A stretch of 62,891 nt of DNA, filler included, from Globobulimina sp. (GCA_003354225.1; 14 parts of 14 records of this genome joined end to end with filler, not necessarily neighbours in it), one strand, 5' to 3'. Positions 22,424-36,212 are shown, counted from the first letter of the whole stretch. Numbers and translations: made by a program. The notes: a model not told the origin generated them from the letters alone.

Positions 22424-22523
22424 NNNNNNNNNNNNNNNNNNNNNNNNNNNNNNNNNNNNNNNNNNNNTTAATTAATTAANNNNNNNNNNNNNNNNNNNNN
22501 NNNNNNNNNNNNNNNNNNNNNNN
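22424..22523. other. Artificial contig spacer
   Basis: 44 N + TTAATTAATTAA + 44 N. Confidence 0.99.
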
Positions 22524-22524
22524 C

Positions 22525-22977
22525 GACAATATCACCACGCCGTTAAATAATAACAGTAATAACATCAGTCATAATGAGCCAAACTATATGACCTTGAAAA
22601 GCAATCGAAAATATAAGTTGCTTAGATATATCGGCATCGATTGCAAAGATGAAGAATTTCTGGATTTTATTGATTTTTTGTCGTGTTTATTGGACGTAAA
22701 TCCTTTTACAAGGTATACCTCTGAGGATGGCATACGACATTCATTTATAATCAATTATGAAGGAAGGGGAAGAAGGTCGAGCTCCGATAATAATTATAAT
22801 AATTTAATCAAAAAAGTGCATCCAATCATTAGGTCATCCAATGATCAACAAAGGCAGCAGAGGATCAGTAAGCAGGTAAATGAGTATCTGTTGGCGTGGA
22901 AAAATGATCTCATATCAAATGGCACGGATAATAAGCAATTATCACCAGAAACTGTAATAAATCGACAGTTGTATTAA
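22525..22977 (+). CDS. C-terminal end of a Ser/Thr protein kinase (CMGC/DYRK-like), 5' partial
   Basis: FIDFLSCLLDVNPFTRYTSEDGIRHSFI matches kinase subdomain XI. Confidence 0.65.
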   Translation, partial: DNITTPLNNNSNNISHNEPNYMTLKSNRKYKLLRYIGIDCKDEEFLDFIDFLSCLLDVNPFTRYTSEDGIRHSFIINYEGRGRRSSSDNNYNNLIKKVHPIIRSSNDQQRQQRISKQVNEYLLAWKNDLISNGTDNKQLSPETVINRQLY

Positions 22978-23370
22978 AAATTAAACTAACTGACAAACTG
23001 ACAGATTTTTGTATTTATTGTTAAAATTCTTTCTATATATTTATTAATGTCATTAATGTGTAGTTTGTTAACGTTTGTATATACACTGTGAAACACACGT
23101 ACGTAGGAATTGCTTTGTCTGTTTGTATCTATATTTAATATATGTTGTATATGTTACATATGATATGGATGTTTTATTGTTATATATGTCAGTCTGATAT
23201 TTTTGTCTATAAAAATGTTTATAAAAAACAAAAATATCATTCCCGATTCAGAAAAACGAAAATATCACTGATATTTTCTTCTTTTTTCTTCTTTTTTCTC
23301 TTTAATTTTAAACTTCCCTGATCAGCGTTGTGAAGTTTTTTGTGGCAGAGCAACTTGAACTTAACTCATC

Positions 23371-24114
23371 ATGGTATGTTTTCCATTTACCGAATACTGC
23401 AGACAAGCAACCAAGTACATTGTTTTTATTTAGCAAAACAATGAAACTTCGATATTTGAAGCAACAGATGAAGTAATTGAAGGGAATGCAGCTGATAACA
23501 GTGCAAGTATTGAAGAAATAACAGCTGGAAATCCAAATGAACCAAAAATAATAATAACTCCCCAGACACAAACACCAGACGGCGAATCCAAACCAGTTGC
23601 TATGATCACAGAGACTCTCACTAACAAAGACATGGAGTCATCGGATAATACTGTCTCATTATGGCACTATATCAATGATAATTGCTACCAACCTTTTTAC
23701 TCAGTGTGTTTTGCAGAACTTTCATGAAATTTCTATCTAATAAATCTAATAAAATAGTCATTTAAAGGACAGTTTGTCGCCGAAGTATTGCAAGTGACCA
23801 TATCTATTGCACCAATATTAATGTATTCGGTGATACGTAAACCATACATTCCATGTCAAGAATTACCGGAAAGTGTGTTTACGGAAAATAAGATAAAAAA
23901 AGCAAAGAAAAAAACATGGAAACAAAGGGTACTTTCATTGGAAACATTATGCATTTTAACATTGGCAACAATTGTGTTTATGGCTGGATTGATAGATAAT
24001 GATGATGCAAATAATAGGAACCGAAATAATGAGTTTGGAGATTCGAGAAATCGAAATGGAACTAGTGCTTCAAAAACAGGTGGTTTTCATAGAAAGTATG
24101 GCGCATATTACTAG
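23371..24114 (+). CDS. Small membrane protein (~209 aa); introns 23374-23433 and 23704-23757
   Basis: ATG|gtatg...tttag and tca|gtgtg...aatag splices give one continuous frame; hydrophobic segments near the C-terminus. Confidence 0.6.
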
Positions 24115-24260
24115 CATCAACTATTGCAGATGCATATGCATTGGCATTGGCATTGCAACAATTCATAATTTCATAGTGTTCAATATATTAAAGCGGGGGT
24201 TTTTTATTTCATTTATCACGAACCTCAACCTCAAGTTACTTGCTCAGTTCAGTTGGAGCA

Positions 24261-26766
24261 ATGCTGCAAACAGCGGTTGTGCTTCAAACTCCTAAATATT
24301 CTTCACCATCAACACCAACATCACCTCAAACTCAGGCCGATTCTGTAACCGATGATCAGGTCGATCTTGAATTATTTAATCCGGAACCCACTAATTTGTC
24401 CAATTCGAATACAAAAAACTTAGCAGTACCACCGCCACCACCACCAAACAACAACAACGCAACCAACGATGACGAATCATTGCATGAAATGGTGCAATCC
24501 ATATTAAATGATTCAGATAACGATGTATTAAACAACCTAAATGAATTAGGCTACAACAACATACAATATAACAGACATTCTGATTCCCCCTCATCGCCAC
24601 AAATACCTATAGCCAACAAAGTATGTGCGAGGATACCATATAAAAGACACTCTGACACTATAACTCAACAACACGCACTACAGACTGAACAATTAAAATC
24701 TGAATCCTCGAGCCCCCCAATATTGCACAACGTAAACTCAATGAGTCCCAAACCGGCGGCAAAACGCAAATATGTGGTCGAATGGCGTACTGTCATCTTT
24801 ATCCGCCACGGCAAATCCAAATGGAACGCCGCCGAAGGTAACACCATTGGGAAAGTAGTGGCGGCCGGGCAAGGCCTCTGGGAATATTATAGGAACAAAA
24901 AACTGCGCGATAAGGACTTAAACGGCATCAAACGGCAAAAATCCGATGTCGATATCATGGATGCTTCGTTGTCGCGTGAAGGCATCTTGGAAGCCTTACA
25001 GCTATGCACTTATTTGCGGCAATACACCACCAACAAACAATTGACTGCTTTCAACGAGTTATTCGAACAAACTCGAACCAACATACACGACAGCATCCAC
25101 ACCAATGGCTGCACGCAGCTGCAGACCCAACAGCAGTTACAAGGCTGTCTGCAAATGCTGGATCGCTACAAAATCGCCTCCCTCATCGCCCAGCATCCGC
25201 CCCAAGACGACGATAACTTACGTTTACCGCAGCCACAGCCACACACTCTAAAAAGCTTGAAAAACGCCAAGAGTGTCAGTGCGAACATCAACGACGCTGA
25301 ACCCACACAGAAATTAGGTGATATCCACCAAAGTAACGATATAAACCCAATCGAGGCCAACAGCGTCGAAGCTAACGCCGTGGCGCCCAAACCCAGCAAG
25401 AAATACATGGCCCAAATCCCGGAGCCGACACATGGATTATCGGCGACGTACATCATCAAACTGCTGCACGGCAATGAGGAGAAATGCGGCATTGTGGTGA
25501 GCAATTTACGGCGCGCGATGAGCACCGCTTGCATCTGTCTCAAGGACCGGTTACAGCGCCGGCCTTATGAGAAAATACAGATTTTGGGCTGTTTGCAAGA
25601 AATTGGATTGAATTCGGACACGCGGCCTCTTCTATTCACCAAGGACCACAAACCGAATCTGGCCAAAACGGAGAAGACTTCGCCATTGCTGAAGCACCAT
25701 AATATGAAGGAACTGTATGCGGCGAGGCTGAGCACGAAGTATTACAAAGGCGATGCCAGCGATAAGACGGCGCAGCAACGCTTGCAAGAGTTCGCTTTGT
25801 GGCTCTTTGCGCAGCGCAAGTATTTGCACGTGGTGGCGGTGGGACATTCGCATTGGTTCCAGTCCTTTTTCAAAGCGTATTTGTCCGAGAACATAACGGA
25901 GGAGGAGCTGCCGGCGCGGGTACGCACGAACAAGATACGTAATTGCGGCGTGGTGGCCTTCCGAATGATGAAGAAATATGTCCCGAGCAAGTCGAAGCGG
26001 CATGGACGACACATTTCGTTTGAGATTGCGGCGGGGAGCATTACGACGTTACAGTTCAGTTTGTACAGTCCGCCGGTCACTAATCATGAGCAGAAAGAGG
26101 CGGAGGCGGAGGTGTTGGTGGAGGAAGAGGAGGATGTGGAGGATGTTGTCATTGATGTTGATGAGTTGAAGGAGATGGTGTTGGAGCAAAGTGTTTGTGT
26201 GGATGGGATACCACAACCAGGTATTTTAGCATCTATACAAGACCTACAATTGCAAGATGGCAGCAATGAGTGTGATGCATTGTTGATTGATAAAGATGAG
26301 GATGTTCCAGAGAGTAAAGCACCGACGGTCCCACCTGGAAATAGTATGTGTACAGTACAGTACAGTACGTGTTTGTTGATATATATATTGATATGCATTG
26401 TGTGTGTTTGTTGTAGCAAATGATGAGAAGGATAAGGATAAGGATAAAGGTAAAGGTAAAAGAAAGAGAAGTAATGGCTTTGGTGTATCGTTGACCAAAC
26501 CAAAGAATTGGATGTCTCGAGCCATTGGGCGATTTGGTGGTGGCGCCAAGTCTGACAATGAAGAGGAGGATAAAACAAAAAAAGAAAATAGTGTGAAAGT
26601 TGTAAATGGTGGTGACGATAATAAGGAAATTAATGAAAAGGAAAGTAATGAAAAGGAAAGTAATGAAAAAGATAAGATGACGGATTTAAATCAGCTGGGA
26701 TGGGACTTGACAAATATCGTAAATGCAACACAAATTATTACTGATGATGAAGATTACATTCAATAG
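24261..26766 (+). CDS. Histidine phosphatase superfamily (PGAM-like) protein; intron 26344-26416
   Basis: IFIRHGKSKWN, VSNLRRAMSTA, LQE, VAVGHS and IRNCG motifs. Confidence 0.85.
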
Positions 26767-26926
26767 CAAAGTTCTAATTTTGCAGACACTTATTTCTATT
26801 AAATTGTACATTGTTGTAGTGTGATTTTTCAATTTATACCTTTTTGTTTCGTTTATATTCTACATTTTTTGGTCCAAAATTAAAAGCCGTGCAAATCCGC
26901 CAGTCGTAATTCTACATTTGATCAAC

Positions 26927-27026
26927 NNNNNNNNNNNNNNNNNNNNNNNNNNNNNNNNNNNNNNNNNNNNTTAATTAATTAANNNNNNNNNNNNNNNNNN
27001 NNNNNNNNNNNNNNNNNNNNNNNNNN
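26927..27026. other. Artificial contig spacer
   Basis: 44 N + TTAATTAATTAA + 44 N. Confidence 0.99.
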
Positions 27027-27062
27027 TATGGAATGTTGCAGGGATTAAATAAAATTGAGACT

Positions 27063-30056
27063 GCTCTGTTAAGTCTGGCTAGCTCGGCCTGCCTTGCTGT
27101 TTCTTCCTCTATCGCACGTTCAGCTAAAGCCAATTCTCGGTTCAGCTTGTCTTTAATCTTGCGGGCTTTGCGCTTCTTCCTGCGCCTGTCTCTGTTGCAT
27201 GGACAATTCCAACACAGCCTGCATCTCAAAATCGTCTGGCGGCTGTCTTCCCAAATTAAATAAATCTTGATTGGGCCGTTGATAATAGGAATATTGTTGT
27301 TGTTCTTGTGCGGGAGGCGATGGCTGTAGTTGTTGGGGTGGCTGTTGTAGTACGGATTGTGCCATATCAATGAGACCAGCACCTCCATCGGCATTGGCAT
27401 TGTTAGCTGAGGCGGCAGCTACATTTGCGTTATTCTGTACTAACGACGCTGCCACGGCTGCATTCTGCTCAGCGGCACGTTGCTGTTGCAACATATTCAT
27501 AAACTCTCTGTGTCGATTCTCGTTATTATCTACATGCGGCGGTGGCGCTTCATTGGCATTGTTACCATCGACAACGTCGGAGTTCATATCATCATCATCG
27601 TCGTCGTCATCGTCATCCTCGTTGTTATTTGAATAATGTTCCGAATGGGTGCTGGAATATGCGCTGTCTGAGGCGGACGAGGGCATTGACGAAGGTGAGG
27701 AGGGTTGGTTGTTATTGTTATTGTTGGACCGTACCCGTCTTCTCGGTCCACGGCGCTGTGCTTGTACTTGAACCGGAGGCGGTGGCTGATTCTGGTTATC
27801 GTCTGCATTTGGTTGGGGAGACGGTATTATATTTGGCGGTGCGTTTGCGTCGATGGAGGTGGCTGCCGCTGCAACTTCCGCAGCCTGTATATTATTATGA
27901 ATTATGCTGTAAATATACAATAAGAGAGAGAGAGTAAAACAGAGCGTGGTCTGAGCACATTATTTGTGACAGAAAGAAATGTTCAGATAAGTAATGGATT
28001 GGTTGTTTTTGCAAATATCTCAACGATGGGAGGAGTGCGTCGTGAATGAGGAAAATAAAAAGAGGATTTCGAATCTTTCATTATGAATGTGACCATTTTG
28101 GCATCTTTAATTTAGAATAAATTCCGACGTTTGCATAGCTGAACATTGTCTTTCCTGTATTTACAAATAACAAACTCAAATCACAATGATATATGATAGA
28201 AATATTAACATTTGGATTGGATCGCAATCGCACAAATGTACTCAGTCGGGAGCGCAGCCCGCGGAGTGTCGGGGAAGTAGTGCTTGAATGAGACGATGGC
28301 AGCACATCATCAGTGTCAGTGTTCCCTGTTTGATTTCGATGCTATGCAATCACATAAAATGTATTATAGCGATGGTTAATATTTAGTGCAAGTAACTAAA
28401 CTCGCAGCCGATGGTACGCCTGTTGTCCTAACTGGTGCACCCTTTGCCGGATAGCATTCATTCTGGCTCTCCGGTGATGACTCTCTATATCATTATCATT
28501 GTGATTTGAATCTGTTTCAGGCTGATCTCGATGTGGTAATAACGAGTTTAATCGCGATGTGAACTGCGCCAATCGCGAAGACTCTGTTTGAATGTCAGTG
28601 TTATCTCCGGATACATTGTTATTGCGATATCTGTTATATTTATCTGGTGTCACTCGCCAGCAATGTGCGAGGATAATAGATATAGACAAACCGCGCTTGT
28701 TCCTGCAATATCTGCCGCAATGAAAGGTAATCCTCTTCGTTTAATAACTCATTGTCCTCATTCACATTCTCCTCATTATTGTCACTGTTGCTATTTCCTC
28801 GACTCCTCCTCCTCAATCGTTGAGATATTTGCTCTCGAATTATTGTTGGAAATTTCTCCAATAGCAATTGCAAAAAAATATAGACATATATGACATGGAT
28901 ATATGTGTGTAATATATATAGAATTTAACTTTTTTCTTTGTTTTCACGATTTTGTCCAAATGTGCTTTCCTTTTGCTGTCGATACTCGTTTTGAAAGATA
29001 CCAATTCGTCCAATTCTTTGGGCAAAGTATCCGCCAAAACCAAGATACGCTCAATAAAGCTATCCGGCACTGCATGCAGTTTGGAATAGGAAGGTTTGGA
29101 TAAAGTTAATATGAAGTCATCATCACCGATATACATAATATTGTCATCCTCAATATGTACAATTTCTGTCTTTTTCTTTTTTCTTTTCTTGCTCTCCTCA
29201 TTCTTGTCAGCATCTGCTGCCGTTTTGTCTTTGTCATTGCTCTCATTGTTATCCGTGGTGTTGGCAGCTTTGATGGATTGTTGTTTCATGCTTTCGATTT
29301 CCTTTTTTTTCCCATTCATATAATAATCCGTTCTGCCAAAAAAGTAGCACAAAAAATGCTTTTTAACGTCCAGTCCATAGTTTTCGTCCTGGCCCGCGAT
29401 CTCTGCGCGTTTACGAGTCCTTATTTTGGCTAAAAACGCCCTTTCCAGCACACTGAAGCGGGCCTCGATGATATGGTGATAGGGATCGACATTGTTGGTC
29501 AAAAAGGTGATTTCGCGTTGATGGTATTTCATTGATTTGATTTGGAACTCTTCCAAACGGCGCATTGTGTTTAATGAGGTGTCTTGGTACTCACTTAAAT
29601 GTTGTTGGGGGGACAGGTTATTGATGACCAGATTGTGTCGCAGCGATCTCTCTCTGTTTTGTGTGAAATGCGAATTGCGAAACATTTGAAATAACACGGC
29701 GCAAAATCGCATGGTGTGGACAGGCAGACATACATGGCTTTGATGTCAGTGATGTTGGCAGAGGTGAAGACTTGGGAGACGTCAGTTAATTTTTTGCGTC
29801 GTGTGTTCATTTTGTCGTAAGTTTTCCTATCCGATCTACGATGGATAACTCCGTGACATAATGCTATGGAATATAAATGAGGGAATTGTTTGGCAAACAG
29901 TTGTTCTTCCTATGTGTTAATTGTTTGATATATGGGTTATATTGGGAGTGATATATTAATTGCACATACATCATAAGATAATAATAGTTGGTCTTGAATT
30001 ATGGTGGATTCGAGAGCATTTTCAGAGAAATTCTGTTCAGAGATTGTGGTGCCCAT
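27063..30056 (-). CDS. Multi-exon uncharacterised protein with N-myristoylation-like start (MGTTIS) and UIM-like motif; apparent +1 frameshift near 27153-27169; probably 3' partial
   Basis: GT-AG introns link the minus-strand ORF pieces in frame; DDFEMQAVLELSM fits a ubiquitin-interacting motif. Confidence 0.65.
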
Positions 30057-30505
30057 TGACGAGACGTTAGTGATTTATTATTTCCTTCGTTGTGAATGAT
30101 TGTGGCTTAAGATAGTGATTGTTAATACAATGGGCAATGGCTTGGTTTTGTGGATAATGGTATTGAATGCAGCAAAGAATAAGTATGTTGAAAGTTTTTT
30201 TTAACAGTTTTATCAGGTTCAAAATGTTAATGGCAAAGCAAACTAATCGAGAAACGGTTTGTTTGATTGGTACACAACGTTCAATTTATTGCTGATTATT
30301 ATTAAAAGACGAACAATTTATGTATGACCAAAGTAAAGCATACAAAAAAAAAATGAAATACACAGAATTCTACAAAACATCGATCTCCATTCTCCAAACG
30401 TGAAACAAACACTATCCAAACAAAAGCGACGGGCAAACATCTACAAAAAAAAAAGAAAATCAGCAATATAAAGTATATTTAATTTGTCAACCAATGCAAA
30501 ACAAA

Positions 30506-31427
30506 TTAGAAAAATTTAATATTAATCTTGAGCGATTCTAATGTTGCTACAATTCCGTGCCTATCTTTAATAACCGCCTCTTTGGAATATAACGTATGCG
30601 TTTTTTGATCAAACACAAATTCTGCTCCATCACCCATGCGCCATCGAATGGTATTATAATTAACATAATGCTGTATTTCACGTGAAAATGTAACGCGACA
30701 ATCTACAAATGTTAAACCTTTAATACCATTATTGGTATTCATACTGATGTTATTATTGCCGCTAAAATTCATCATATTACCACCACCAAACGTACCAAAC
30801 ATATTGCCACCAATCATATTGCCACCAATCATATTGCTACCAATCGTATTCATACCACCACCCATACCATCCATATCTTGCAAACGTTCATGTTCAATCA
30901 AAGCATGCTCAAAATCGTGATAATCATCCTCGATTCTATCACGCAAAGCATCCAATGCGTCAGTCAATGAATCATGTAACGCTTCCAATCCAGTTTCGTC
31001 CGAAATGGCAGATTTTGTGAATATATTTTGTTTATATTCATGATCAGCCAATAAAATCGACAATGTTTGTGGTCTTTGTGTATTGGTAGTATGCAATAAT
31101 GAATCTGCATATAATGTTGATATTCGATTTAATAATTTGTCAATCTCATTCTCGACATCATCGCTCTCCAAAGGTGGCGCAGGCGCTCCTTCTTTTTCTT
31201 CTTCCTCTTTCTTATCACTACTTCCTTCCGGATCCATCTCTGTTTCTTCTTTTTTATTCTCCTCATTTTCTGCCGGCGCAACACTTTGAATATCAATATC
31301 TTCATCGAATTCATCGATATCTGCCACGGTATTATTGCTATTTGTTGGGTTATTACTATTTTGTACATTATTGCTACTTTGTGGATTCATGCTATTTTTC
31401 GGGTTATTACTGTTTTCAGGATTATTT
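30506..31427 (-). CDS. Uncharacterised acidic protein with NNPxNS and NMIGG short repeats, 5' partial
   Basis: Frame open from the contig edge; 18-nt and 15-nt coding repeats. Confidence 0.65.
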
Positions 31428-31527
31428 NNNNNNNNNNNNNNNNNNNNNNNNNNNNNNNNNNNNNNNNNNNNTTAATTAATTAANNNNNNNNNNNNNNNNN
31501 NNNNNNNNNNNNNNNNNNNNNNNNNNN
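31428..31527. other. Artificial contig spacer
   Basis: 44 N + TTAATTAATTAA + 44 N. Confidence 0.99.
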
Positions 31528-31567
31528 CGGCTATAAATTCAATTTGATGTAAGGTTTACATGAACGT

Positions 31568-32241
31568 TTGGTCAGATTTTATCGGAAATGGTATCATTTG
31601 CGGCAGTTTGAAGAGTGGGACAGAAAGGATACGCAAATAAATTATTACAAGGTGAAGACTCATGTGGTTGCACTTTATCATGATCCTCCAGAACGGGATG
31701 GCATTGCACAGAATGTCATGAAACAGGTTTTACTGCAATGGGTAAGAGATAATGGTGCGACTTCTATGGATGATTTGAAGTATACGTCGTTTTATGGCAT
31801 ACGGGAATATTCTCGCGGTGCGAGTTTAAGGCATGCACTGAAAATATCTTTTTTGTGCTGTACTGATAATATATGAATGGAGCAAAGCTAAAAAAAGATA
31901 TTTTTTTAAGGAATCATGTGGATAGAGTCGAGACACATGTTTTGAGCGCGATATTACAGATCGCACAAAGTGGAGTTGATAGGCCATGGCCGTTGCAAGT
32001 GATTGGGTTTGATGGTAAAATGTATGATGTTACGATGGAAGTTGGTGAGATGATATTGTATGAAGGACATAAATTAGTGCATGGGAGACCTTATCCTTTC
32101 AACGGCACAACTTTTGCAAATGCATTTGTTCATTTTCGTCCTATGGATTGGAATTGGTCCAACTCGAAAATATGGAAAACTCCGCAGGCCATAAAAATGC
32201 TGCAAAAAATGCATATTGACACCAGAACTGGATATAGATAA
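31568..32241 (+). CDS. 2OG-Fe(II) oxygenase-like protein, 5' partial; probable GC-AG intron 31831-31910
   Basis: YGIREY..GASLRNHVD (HxD) ... GEMILYEG..LVHGRP (distal His) ... ANAFVHF. Confidence 0.75.
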
Positions 32242-32347
32242 ATATATTATATCCACCAATATTTTGTAATAATATAGTATGGAATTTAGTATATTTTCTA
32301 AAATATTTAATTTATTTCCCGTATCCTAGATCACTTCACTTCACATC

Positions 32348-33694
32348 ATGTCTGACCAAACGCAGAATTCGAACCCAACCAACACGTCACCAGCCACAGA
32401 TGTATCCACACCAAAAAAGAAGAAAGGTCCCCAAAAAATATTCGGTGTCATGACAAAACGCAGATGGTTTGGTGTAGTCGTCTTCTTATCCGCAATGTTG
32501 TGGTCCTACACTGCAGGACCTCCATTACCGGACAGCATAACTTGTAACCGCTATTTTTTAGACGGCACCTCCTATGATTACAGCACCGTCTCCCTCGAAG
32601 GTAACATCAATTTAATCGATTCCATATTTAAACGCGGTTTCTGGCCCGCTGTATTTACTTGGCAAATCGGAGCATATTTTAACTGGACCGAAGGCCCAAT
32701 TTGGAGCCAAAAATATGGCAAATTAATCTTCAGCGACACCATACAAAATAAAATCTTCTCATGGTCGCCTATCAACGGCATACAAATCGAGATGGAAAAT
32801 GCTGGCCAATGTACACAAAAACAATTAGATACGTTACACGAACCGGGCTCGAATGGAATCTTACAACATCCGACCAACGCCGATGCGATATTCATTGCAC
32901 AGCATGCACAGCGACGTATTATTGAATATAACTTGCAGAGCAAACAAGTTTCGCAACAATAAAATTAATATCCTGTGCAAGGATTTTTTTTCCGTTAACG
33001 TTTGTCAACAAAATAAAATTAATTACAGTTCAAAGTGACTGCGGATTCGTATGATGGAAAACCGCTAAACTCACCGAACGATTTAGTGATGGGAGCTGAT
33101 GGGAAATATATTTATTTTACTGATCCGCCGTACGGATTGAAGGAAAAAGCAGAGCTTAACGCAGCGGATCCAAATCATTTTTTTGTGGATGACAAATCTG
33201 AGATTGGATTTAACGGTGTTTATAGAGTTGGGATTGATGGATCGGCAGAGGTTGAATTGTTGGATAAGTCGGTGAAACGACCAAATGGCATTGCGTTTTC
33301 ATCCGATTTTAAGAGGTTGTTTGTGAGTGATTGTATCTGCGGTGAGTTCAGATTGAATGTGTATGATTTGAATGGTGATGGATCGAAGATAAAATTGCAA
33401 CAAGTATGGGATGAAAAATATATTTTGAGGAATGATGAAACGGCTATAAATAAGTTAGAGGGCGGTGTCGGATGTGTGGACGGGTTGGCAGTGCTCAATG
33501 AGCAGTATTTAGTGACAACTTGTCCGGGCGGGAAATTGTGTATAATTACACAAGGGAGCGGAGAGTTGGAGGCCGTGATTAAATTGCCGGATAAGACAAC
33601 TTTATCGAATGTGGTGGTGGGCGATGATAGGAATTTGTATATCACAGGGAATCATACTGTGTGGCAAATTAAATTACAACCCATAAATTATTAG
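32348..33694 (+). CDS. SMP-30/gluconolactonase family beta-propeller with N-terminal membrane anchor; one intron (~32948-33028)
   Basis: WTEGPIW, LIFSD, PGSNG, LNSPND, YFTDPPYG, RPNGIAFS and DGL motifs. Confidence 0.9.
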
Positions 33695-33988
33695 TGCTGA
33701 TGGACTTATTTTTTGTTTTGTTTATAAGTTATAAATTTATTAATTAATTATTAGCAGCAAAGCTGCTTTTTTCGTTTTTATAAATTTCGATGACCAAAAT
33801 AATTTGAAACTAGAAACATAACCATACTTAAAACGATATTTCTGTTCATTTCCAGAATTATTTTGTTGTTTTTAAGTAAGGTTACATTGTAAAATTTTAA
33901 GGTTACATTGTTGATGCAATGAAAAGGAAAAGTTGCAACGTTGCCATTTAATTTAAAAAAAAACGTGTTGAATTCATTAATAGTTTTA

Positions 33989-35452
33989 TTATTCGTCAGC
34001 TTCATCAAACTCAAACCTATTTGGACAGATTAAAGGAGCAATCAATGTGACCAAATACAAGCAGGCCGCAAGCCAATGAGCAGTGACGTTGGCAGCTACC
34101 ACTTTGTCACTTTTGCCGTCATTTTGTGCATTTCCGGTTGCAGTGGTTTCCCAGTTGGTCATTACCATCATAATATATAAGCAGCCAAACAACATTAATA
34201 TGTAGAAATGAATGTTTTTGGCCTGAACAGCATCCGACGGATTACATAATGTTCCTGGCTTAGTATCAATATCATCCTCTTTTTCGTCAATGTCAATGTC
34301 AAGATTCTCATTTACATCCTCATTTTTTATTACATTGTCCGCTTTTTCAACATCAACATCAATCTCAGAAACAGCTTCTTTATTTTCCCCACTTTCTGAA
34401 TGTTTGCTGCTTTTTCTTTTTCTTTCTTCTGCGGATTCAGTGTCGGAGTCTGATGCCGGATAATTGGACAAACAAAAATATCCAATTCCAACACACATAA
34501 TGACCATGGAAATAATCCGAATGTAATTGTTTGGCGCTGCTTTGTTGCATTCTGAGTCTTCGACATATGCCAATCCAGAAAATAAGATCCCTGACAAATA
34601 CAATGTGACTCCGGCTGAGGGCAGTATGGCGCCATGTGCTGTACAGTAAAAATATAGTTTTGTATTAAACAAAAAGTGGACAGTAAATATATAAAAACAT
34701 ACCTGCATAAATTGACAACAATGTGAACACGGCAGAGATGGCAATGGAACATGATAAATTTGCTCGATTTGCTGAGCATCCACTTGCTCCATAACGAGAA
34801 AAGGCAAATCCATAAAGTATTGCAGCTCCGATGTACATTAAAATGGTGACAATAATTGTTTGGTTGAACCATTCTCTCGAAACCCATGCTTCGTTCCAAC
34901 TGTTGTCAGATGGCACAATTCAATTTATATTAATTAATATTAGACAGAAGATGTTGCAAATTAACTCAACTCATAGCACATATTGATAAAGATCACAATT
35001 TGCAATACAATAAATATCGAAGCACCAACAATGCCAAACACTGCATATCCCTCAAAGAATGCATTTGGAACAAAATAAGTCAGAATAACAGCAATTGTGA
35101 ACATTGCTAATTTAAATAACCAGAATGATTTGTGGAAGGATGACCAAATGCGAGTCATTATAATGTGCACGAAATAAAAGCACGACAAAGCCGATAAAAT
35201 GCGAAAAGGGGAGGCATTGTGTTCGCAGTTGCTTTTAAACTCAGTGCCAAATAATCCACAAATTGAGAATGAGGCAGTGATGTCGCGATGGCCAAACATT
35301 TGCAGCAGAATGGCGAACATCGATGCTGTTAATGTCAAAAAGGCGTAATGATAGCAACTGTTATTTGTTTGAGGCGAACAGCTGTTACATGCCGTACAGA
35401 CTACGGAGGCGGCACACGATCCCAAACAACTACCAATACAGGCAAACACCAT
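33989..35452 (-). CDS. Serine incorporator (Serinc/TMS1 family); two introns
   Basis: Cys-rich N-terminus CLGSCAASVVC, FIVLQIVIFIN..YDWNEAW, GAILPS, YIMMVMTNW, LYLVTLIAPLICPNR.F. Confidence 0.9.
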
Positions 35453-35718
35453 TGGATTGTTATTCTTTAATTAATTTTAGTGATAGTTAAGGTGACAGAT
35501 TTAGTGATAGTTCCGACATGCGAAATTTCCTCATAATTCACTCGATTTGCAGCTGCCATTCAGACTGTGCGGGCTTCATAATACAGTGTGTTTGTCATGA
35601 CATGTAATACTAAATATAGTTTTTGTAGATTCAGAAACAGTCTAAATATCCGACTAATGGATTTTTTGTATAATAGTGGAACATTTAGATCGTTTATACT
35701 TTATAGAAACTTGCAAGC

Positions 35719-35927
35719 TCATAAATCACTATGATCAGACTCAACCAAAGGCACATATCGAACAGCAAACATTTTATGCCTTGAAATGTTTCCCTCTTTA
35801 TCAATATCAATGATATAAATATGTTCCCTGCCATATATTGAATAATTTGAATCTTTCATTGGTATCAATAACCGTGAAGGCGACTTCATCATTGTTATCA
35901 ATGTAGTTACAATATTAGAATTTGCAA
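35719..35927 (-). CDS. Possible C-terminal fragment of an unknown gene
   Basis: Short open frame from the contig edge; no motif recognised. Confidence 0.3.
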
Positions 35928-36027
35928 NNNNNNNNNNNNNNNNNNNNNNNNNNNNNNNNNNNNNNNNNNNNTTAATTAATTAANNNNNNNNNNNNNNNNN
36001 NNNNNNNNNNNNNNNNNNNNNNNNNNN
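35928..36027. other. Artificial contig spacer
   Basis: 44 N + TTAATTAATTAA + 44 N. Confidence 0.99.
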
Positions 36028-36212
36028 ATGGTTTGAACTGTAATGTTTTTTTTTTCTAATCTGATTAGGGAAAAAAGAGTATAAACATAAAATAAAAAGC
36101 TACTATTTTGCAGTTTATTCCATTGCATATACAACAAAATAGCAACAAAGCTAGCGAACAAGAGAGAAAAATATAAATACACATATTTTCATAAAAATAA
36201 ACAAAACACTCG

